This document shows positions 59,574 through 64,000 of a DNA stretch of 64,000 bases, piece by piece. The stretch's first letter is position 1; the number at the start of each line of letters is the position of its first letter. The DNA comes from a virus. The DNA lies in the IMG/VR virus record IMGVR_UViG_3300014836_000691, positions 10,000-73,999 of that record; one strand, given 5' to 3'. A program made the position numbers and the translations under genes. Below the pieces are notes generated by a model. It searched no databases, had not been told where the DNA came from, and saw only the letters and a program-made list of their open reading frames with translations.

Positions 59574-61070
59574 ATGGCGAGCCGAAGCGGTAGCAAGGCT
59601 ATGACAGCCAGTCTGATGGCTGATATCGCCGTTATGAACGCCCAGAAGGGCGTTATGGAGTTCCCTACTGCATCCCGAATCCCAAGGGTGACAATCGAAA
59701 CGGCTGAGGAGAGGCAGGAGTGGCCGGGCTTGCTTGATAGGATTTACAAGCAGTTAGACGGCCCTATGTTTGATTCGGACTTCCAAATCACGGATGAGGT
59801 TCGGGAAGACTTTAAAGAAATGTTTGGTTCTTTTAAGTTAGAATCCGAAGAATACAAAAAGAGCCTAAGAGACAACCCAGACCCAAGCATAAAGTCTTGG
59901 GACAGACCGCATAGGTGGGACGGCAAGACCTACGATTTTACAGGTCACCCTCAAGACAAGGCCACGGACGAGCAAATAAGAGAGTTTATTGGTTATTTGC
60001 GAGATGAGTTAGAGAAAGAGGCGAGTAATGTTCTCGATATTATTGCCAGAGAAGAAAAGGGAGAATCTTTGCCTGTATACTTGCTTGGAAGAGACAGGAG
60101 TTCGGCAGAAAGAAAAGAAGCGTTGGAGAAACTTCGCAACGAATCGGAAGTCAAGGAACTGATTTACCGTGGGCAGGATGCGTATGAGGTCTTAGATGCC
60201 AAGAAAGCGGCTGAGAAAATTAAAGCCGATAGGCGGGAAGACCGTTCGTCTGGCGGTGAACACTACAAGAGAGGTGTTGGATACACAGGCTCTGAGGGTG
60301 ACGGACTTTACCACCTCACGCCTCACGGCGGTTATGCCGCTGGCTACGCATCCAGTTCAGAGCAACCCACTACAGGTGTCATTGAGGGCGTTCTTGTTTC
60401 CAAGCGTCTGTTAGACCTTACTCCAATCACCGCTAGCAACCATATTGATTACAGCAGGGGTAATCGCAAGTTCTGGGATAGGTGGGAAAAGTATTACGGC
60501 AAGGGCAACGCCCCTAGCATTGACCATAGTTGGGAAAGAAGTGATGCGGCTCGACCTGCTTGGGATGATGTGACAGCGTTTGGTAAGCAGAAATACACAG
60601 GCAAAGCCTTTGGTGTATATTCGGAAAAAGAGCCTTGGTCTGGTGGTGGTGCTAACGGATACACAATGAGGGAAGCCTTTGGCATTAAAGACGCAGAGTC
60701 TCTGTCGAAGTGGAAGTGGTCTGAGAAAATCGCAAAAACTATCGGTGAGAACTACCAGCGTATTCACGGCAAACCAATGCCAGAGAATCTTGGAGTTCCC
60801 AAGGGTTCTGATTACACCTTGCAGGAGAGTATATACAACGATTTGCAGAAGCGTAGTGGTCTTACCTACCAACTTCTTAAGACCCCCACCTTTAAGCGGG
60901 TTATGAAAGAGGCTAAGTTTGATGCCGTTAAGTATTTGGACTATGGGGTTGGAAGAACGACTCCACTTGGAACTCCTGCTTACGGTGCGACCAAGCCTTC
61001 CCAGTTTAAGTCTTACTTTGGCGACAAGAAGGTGGATGAAAAGTCGCCTAATATGTTTGACGCTGACTGA
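59574..61070 (+). CDS. MATRS-leader protein 23, ART-like (polyvalent-protein type)
   Basis: MASRS...LMAD; IYRGQ, GDGLYHLTP..YAAGYA, LLDLT, FDAVKY, PSQFKS. Confidence 0.65.
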   Translation: MASRSGSKAMTASLMADIAVMNAQKGVMEFPTASRIPRVTIETAEERQEWPGLLDRIYKQLDGPMFDSDFQITDEVREDFKEMFGSFKLESEEYKKSLRDNPDPSIKSWDRPHRWDGKTYDFTGHPQDKATDEQIREFIGYLRDELEKEASNVLDIIAREEKGESLPVYLLGRDRSSAERKEALEKLRNESEVKELIYRGQDAYEVLDAKKAAEKIKADRREDRSSGGEHYKRGVGYTGSEGDGLYHLTPHGGYAAGYASSSEQPTTGVIEGVLVSKRLLDLTPITASNHIDYSRGNRKFWDRWEKYYGKGNAPSIDHSWERSDAARPAWDDVTAFGKQKYTGKAFGVYSEKEPWSGGGANGYTMREAFGIKDAESLSKWKWSEKIAKTIGENYQRIHGKPMPENLGVPKGSDYTLQESIYNDLQKRSGLTYQLLKTPTFKRVMKEAKFDAVKYLDYGVGRTTPLGTPAYGATKPSQFKSYFGDKKVDEKSPNMFDAD

Positions 61071-61112
61071 TTTTGAGGTTGAAACACACCCTGTTCTGGG
61101 TAGAACCTTTTA

Positions 61113-61544
61113 ATGAACTTAGGCGAGAGTAGTGTAAGTGCTAGCACACCGCTTTTCCAAAGCGGAAGTGGCGGTTCAACTCCGACCCTCTCGCACCAAT
61201 TGATTGAAAAGATAAAGCGTTGCCTAAGCCCAGATTTGCTTAAGAAACAATACAGGGCAAAGAATGCGGACAATCCCACCTACGGTCATTGTTATATTGC
61301 AACGGAAGCCCTGTTTTACTCGCTGAACGATAGTAGGTATGCCCCCGCTAGGGGCAGGGACGATTCTGGCGTGGTGCATTGGTGGATTGTAGATAGGGCG
61401 ACAGGTGAAATCCTAGACCCGACAGCAGAACAATACACAAGCCAAGGGCTGACTCCTCCCTACGCACAGGGACGGTGTGGTGGCTTTCTGACCAAGACAC
61501 CTTCTCAGCGGTGCAAGACCTTGCTTGCTAGAATGCGAGAATGA
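61113..61544 (+). CDS. Cys-His-Asp (papain/transglutaminase-like) small protein; true start uncertain
   Basis: GHCYIATEAL, VHWW, ILDPTAEQY; the first about 29 codons overlap the tRNA. Confidence 0.6.
   Translation: MNLGESSVSASTPLFQSGSGGSTPTLSHQLIEKIKRCLSPDLLKKQYRAKNADNPTYGHCYIATEALFYSLNDSRYAPARGRDDSGVVHWWIVDRATGEILDPTAEQYTSQGLTPPYAQGRCGGFLTKTPSQRCKTLLARMRE
61123..61198 (+). tRNA. atypical tRNA-Gly(TCC)
   Basis: GCGAGAG/CTCTCGC acceptor, loop TTTCCAA, encoded CCA; no D-loop GG; bulged A in the T-stem. Confidence 0.75.
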
Positions 61545-62182
61545 GCAAGGAAAAAGAAAATAAAGGATTGGCGATACAGTCCTTCCTCACCTTGGCTGAC
61601 CAGCCGACAGGATACTTTGTCAGAGAGGTTTCCTTGGACGAAACCAAGCAGTTTATCCTCAAGATACATTACGCCAGACGAATGCCTGTGGTTAGCCACG
61701 CATTTGGCTTATTGCACAACGGCGAATTGGTAGGCATAGTAACCTACGGCATCCCCGCCAGCAGTCATTTGTGCAGGGGTGTGTGCGGAGACGACAAAAA
61801 GGGCATCGTAATCGAACTGAACAGGCTATGCTTGCTCCACAACAGGAAAAACGAAGCCTCTATGCTCGTTTCCAGAAGTATGCAGATGCTTCCCAAGCCC
61901 AAAGTGGTCGTTTCCTACGCCGACACCGAGCAGGGTCATTTGGGCATCGTCTATCAAGCCTGTAACTTTCTCTTTACTGGAAGCACAAGAGAACGGACGG
62001 ACATAGCGTCAGCGGACGGCAAGCATAGCCGTCACCACCTTGGCGACTTGACCAAGCGACAGAAGCGTAGTTCCAAGCACAGATACATTTACTTCGTGGG
62101 CAACAAGAATGAGGTAAGGGAATTGAAGGGGCTTTTAAGATATAAAGTTCAACCATTCCCGACACGAAAACAGGCTGGTTGA
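61541..62182 (+). CDS. mom: Mom-like GNAT adenine-modification enzyme
   Basis: FILKIHY, VGIVTYG, IELNRL, NEASMLVSRS, VVSYADTEQGHLGIVYQACNFLFTG, SKHRYIY. Confidence 0.8.
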   Translation: MSKEKENKGLAIQSFLTLADQPTGYFVREVSLDETKQFILKIHYARRMPVVSHAFGLLHNGELVGIVTYGIPASSHLCRGVCGDDKKGIVIELNRLCLLHNRKNEASMLVSRSMQMLPKPKVVVSYADTEQGHLGIVYQACNFLFTGSTRERTDIASADGKHSRHHLGDLTKRQKRSSKHRYIYFVGNKNEVRELKGLLRYKVQPFPTRKQAG

Positions 62183-62204
62183 CTAGCGTCAAAGGTTGCT
62201 AGGT

Positions 62205-62642
62205 ATGGCGACACGAAGCGACAGACAACGGCTTGCTAGAGCCGATTTTAACTATTCTGGACTATCAGTCCGTTCTACTACCTCATTCCAACAGGAATTG
62301 AACAGAGAACAACAGGGCAATCGAGATAAGTTCAGATTCCCTTCCTTTTCTGCCGTCCCTTCGGCTACGCCGAATCTGGATGTTGGTGGTTTCCTTCGGA
62401 GCAATCCAGAGGGGTCGCTAGGCGACATTGTGGCAAGCGGTGATACCTTTATATCGTCTAAGGATAGGGCTACCTATGTCGTAGAGGATGTAGGGAACAG
62501 GAAACTTACGGCAAGGCGTGTGTCCGCTAATGAGAGCGAGGGGGCGACTGTCGGCTATGTCGTAGAGCGAGATGCCAACGGTCAGCCTGTAGGACTTAGG
62601 GAGAAGGGCGTAAGACCGCCCAACAGAGCCGTATTCGGTTAA
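62205..62642 (+). CDS. MATRS-leader protein 24
   Basis: MATRSDRQRLARAD, after TTGAC-N6-CAAA at 62179. Confidence 0.8.
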   Translation: MATRSDRQRLARADFNYSGLSVRSTTSFQQELNREQQGNRDKFRFPSFSAVPSATPNLDVGGFLRSNPEGSLGDIVASGDTFISSKDRATYVVEDVGNRKLTARRVSANESEGATVGYVVERDANGQPVGLREKGVRPPNRAVFG

Positions 62643-63721
62643 GAGCCTAGCGGACGGTGCATCTTGGGGGTCTGCTCTTCCATCGTCCTGTCTGGGTCAA
62701 TCAGCCAGTTCGTGTGGTTCTTGCACACCAAGCACAGCGTCTTGCCACGCCAGAGTTTTGCCTTGTAGGGCGTTTGAAAGGTCGTAACTCCCTCCCATTT
62801 AGTTGCGTAGCACTTCGGACAAGCAAACCTAGGAAAGACTGGCTGAACGCTAATCTTCTCCTCTGGCGAGTATTCCCCCGCCGAGTATCCTTCGTTGTTT
62901 GAATCCACGACTCTTAGACAAACCGTCTTGCCTGTAGTCGCAAGTCGAAATGCTCTCCTGTTATGCGAACCACAATCTTCCCTAGTTCGCAAGAGGGGGT
63001 TACTTCGCAATCTACGCCAGCGTCACGCATTCGTTCTTTGAACAGACGCACGGATTCTTCCGTGTGCGATTTAGCATCGCCCGACAGGGACTCATCCAGC
63101 ATAAGTTGCGAACCTGCTATATCTTCCGACAGGTTGGCTACCGCATTGGCAACCGAACCGTAGACACCCTCTACGAGCGTCCACCGATACTGGTGGTTCA
63201 CGATTAGGAGTCGTGAGGCTTGATACGCATAAGGCAATACTTGGTCTTGTATTTCTTAGACCAGAGAACCCTAGGGTAGCCCATCTCAGCGAGATGTTCG
63301 TTCGTAAACTTCTGCCAAGAGTCGGGCAAGGGCATCTTGCCCTCACGGAGCATAGCCAAGAAGGTGTCTTCCTTGACCTTGGGAGCGTCCTTGGTCGTAA
63401 GGTCTACCACCAGAGGCTCGACCTTCTTGACCTGCGTCCTGTTCGGATTGGAATTGAACTTAAAGATGCTCATTTGGATTCCAGCCCAAGATTGAACGCT
63501 CTGAGGATTCGGACAGCCTCGACCTTATCCCTAGGGTAGAGCATAACCACCCTGTCGGTCTTGAAGAAGAGGGTCAACTTGAAGCCGTTAGGCTCTCCCT
63601 CAAACATAACATCAATCCCACGCTTGGAGATTTCCTTGGACAGTTCCTTGCGGAGCGTGGTCAGTTCCTTGTCGCCAAGGTGCGTGTCTAACTCAAGCCC
63701 ATTCCATTTTTGTTCGTTCAT
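62639..63721 (-). CDS. four small hypothetical proteins (Zn-finger ending 62639; 62914-63237; 63204-63473; 63470-63721)
   Basis: Minus-strand ORFs; CPKC...CLVC. Confidence 0.55.
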
Positions 63722-63808
63722 AGTGCGTGTGTGCGATTTGTTTTTAACCAAGCAGTCGTGTATTGCAAGAAAGAAAAAGGGGCGAGGTTTTACCCCCGCC
63801 CCAGTTGC

Positions 63809-64000
63809 TCAGTTCATCTTGACCAGCAGGGAGTCCAGCGAGCCTCCCTTGCGGGCGATGCGGGCGAAGGCGTTAAGGACACCGCTGTTGACTCGCTCAG
63901 CGAGTTCAAACTTCGGACGGCGACTGTTGCCTTCCACATCGTGAGTGAGGTGCTGCGTAAAACTGTTGTAGAGATTCCACAGGTTACGCTCACGGTCTTC
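63809..64000 (-). CDS. C-terminus of a DUF932-like protein, truncated at the window edge
   Basis: RNLWNLYNSFTQHLTH motif; followed by a terminator near 63773-63803. Confidence 0.6.
   Translation of the reverse strand, partial: EDRERNLWNLYNSFTQHLTHDVEGNSRRPKFELAERVNSGVLNAFARIARKGGSLDSLLVKMN

Larger units (their letters stand above)
5448..62193 (+). promoter_or_regulatory. recurrent TTGAC-N6/7-CAA(A) motif, putative late promoter
   Basis: At 5448, 5684, 9426 (CTGAC), 13305, 20816, 28258, 31617, 37990, 42268, 43668, 47544, 47724, 49708, 54841, 57416, 57839, 58756, 62179; minus strand at 21254. Confidence 0.65.

Noticed and set aside
39110-62205. Longer ORF-track starts at 39110, 43619, 45862, 58740 and 62196
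   Set aside because: The extensions overlap upstream genes, terminators or promoter motifs; the conserved MATR Met is the better start.

Overview
A 64-kb segment of a large tailed dsDNA phage genome, probably with a non-contractile tail; no host genes, capsid or terminase are in the window. It holds a tail and lysis module (about 5.7-20.8 kb), many small early/middle genes, and a PAPS-reductase/ParB gene pair split by an 11-tRNA array (27.2-29.9 kb). A recombination module (RuvC-like, RecT-like, RecE-like, SSB-like, HNH) lies at 53.5-57.9 kb. There are two Mom-like DNA-modifying GNAT genes, one preceded by an atypical stand-alone tRNA-Gly. The main feature is a family of 24 otherwise mostly unrelated genes (31.6-62.6 kb) sharing an N-terminal leader, MA(T/S)R(S/G/T)-x(n)-L-x-S-D. 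The leader is fused to diverse cargo: ADP-ribosyltransferase-like, JAB/MPN, GNAT and unknown domains. Several members lie downstream of the same TTGAC-N6/7-CAA motif that precedes the tail genes. I infer a leader-addressed, protease-matured set of virion-packaged effectors. Candidate small RNAs and strong avoidance of 4-bp palindromes are also visible. All domain calls come from motif recognition by eye, not database searches.
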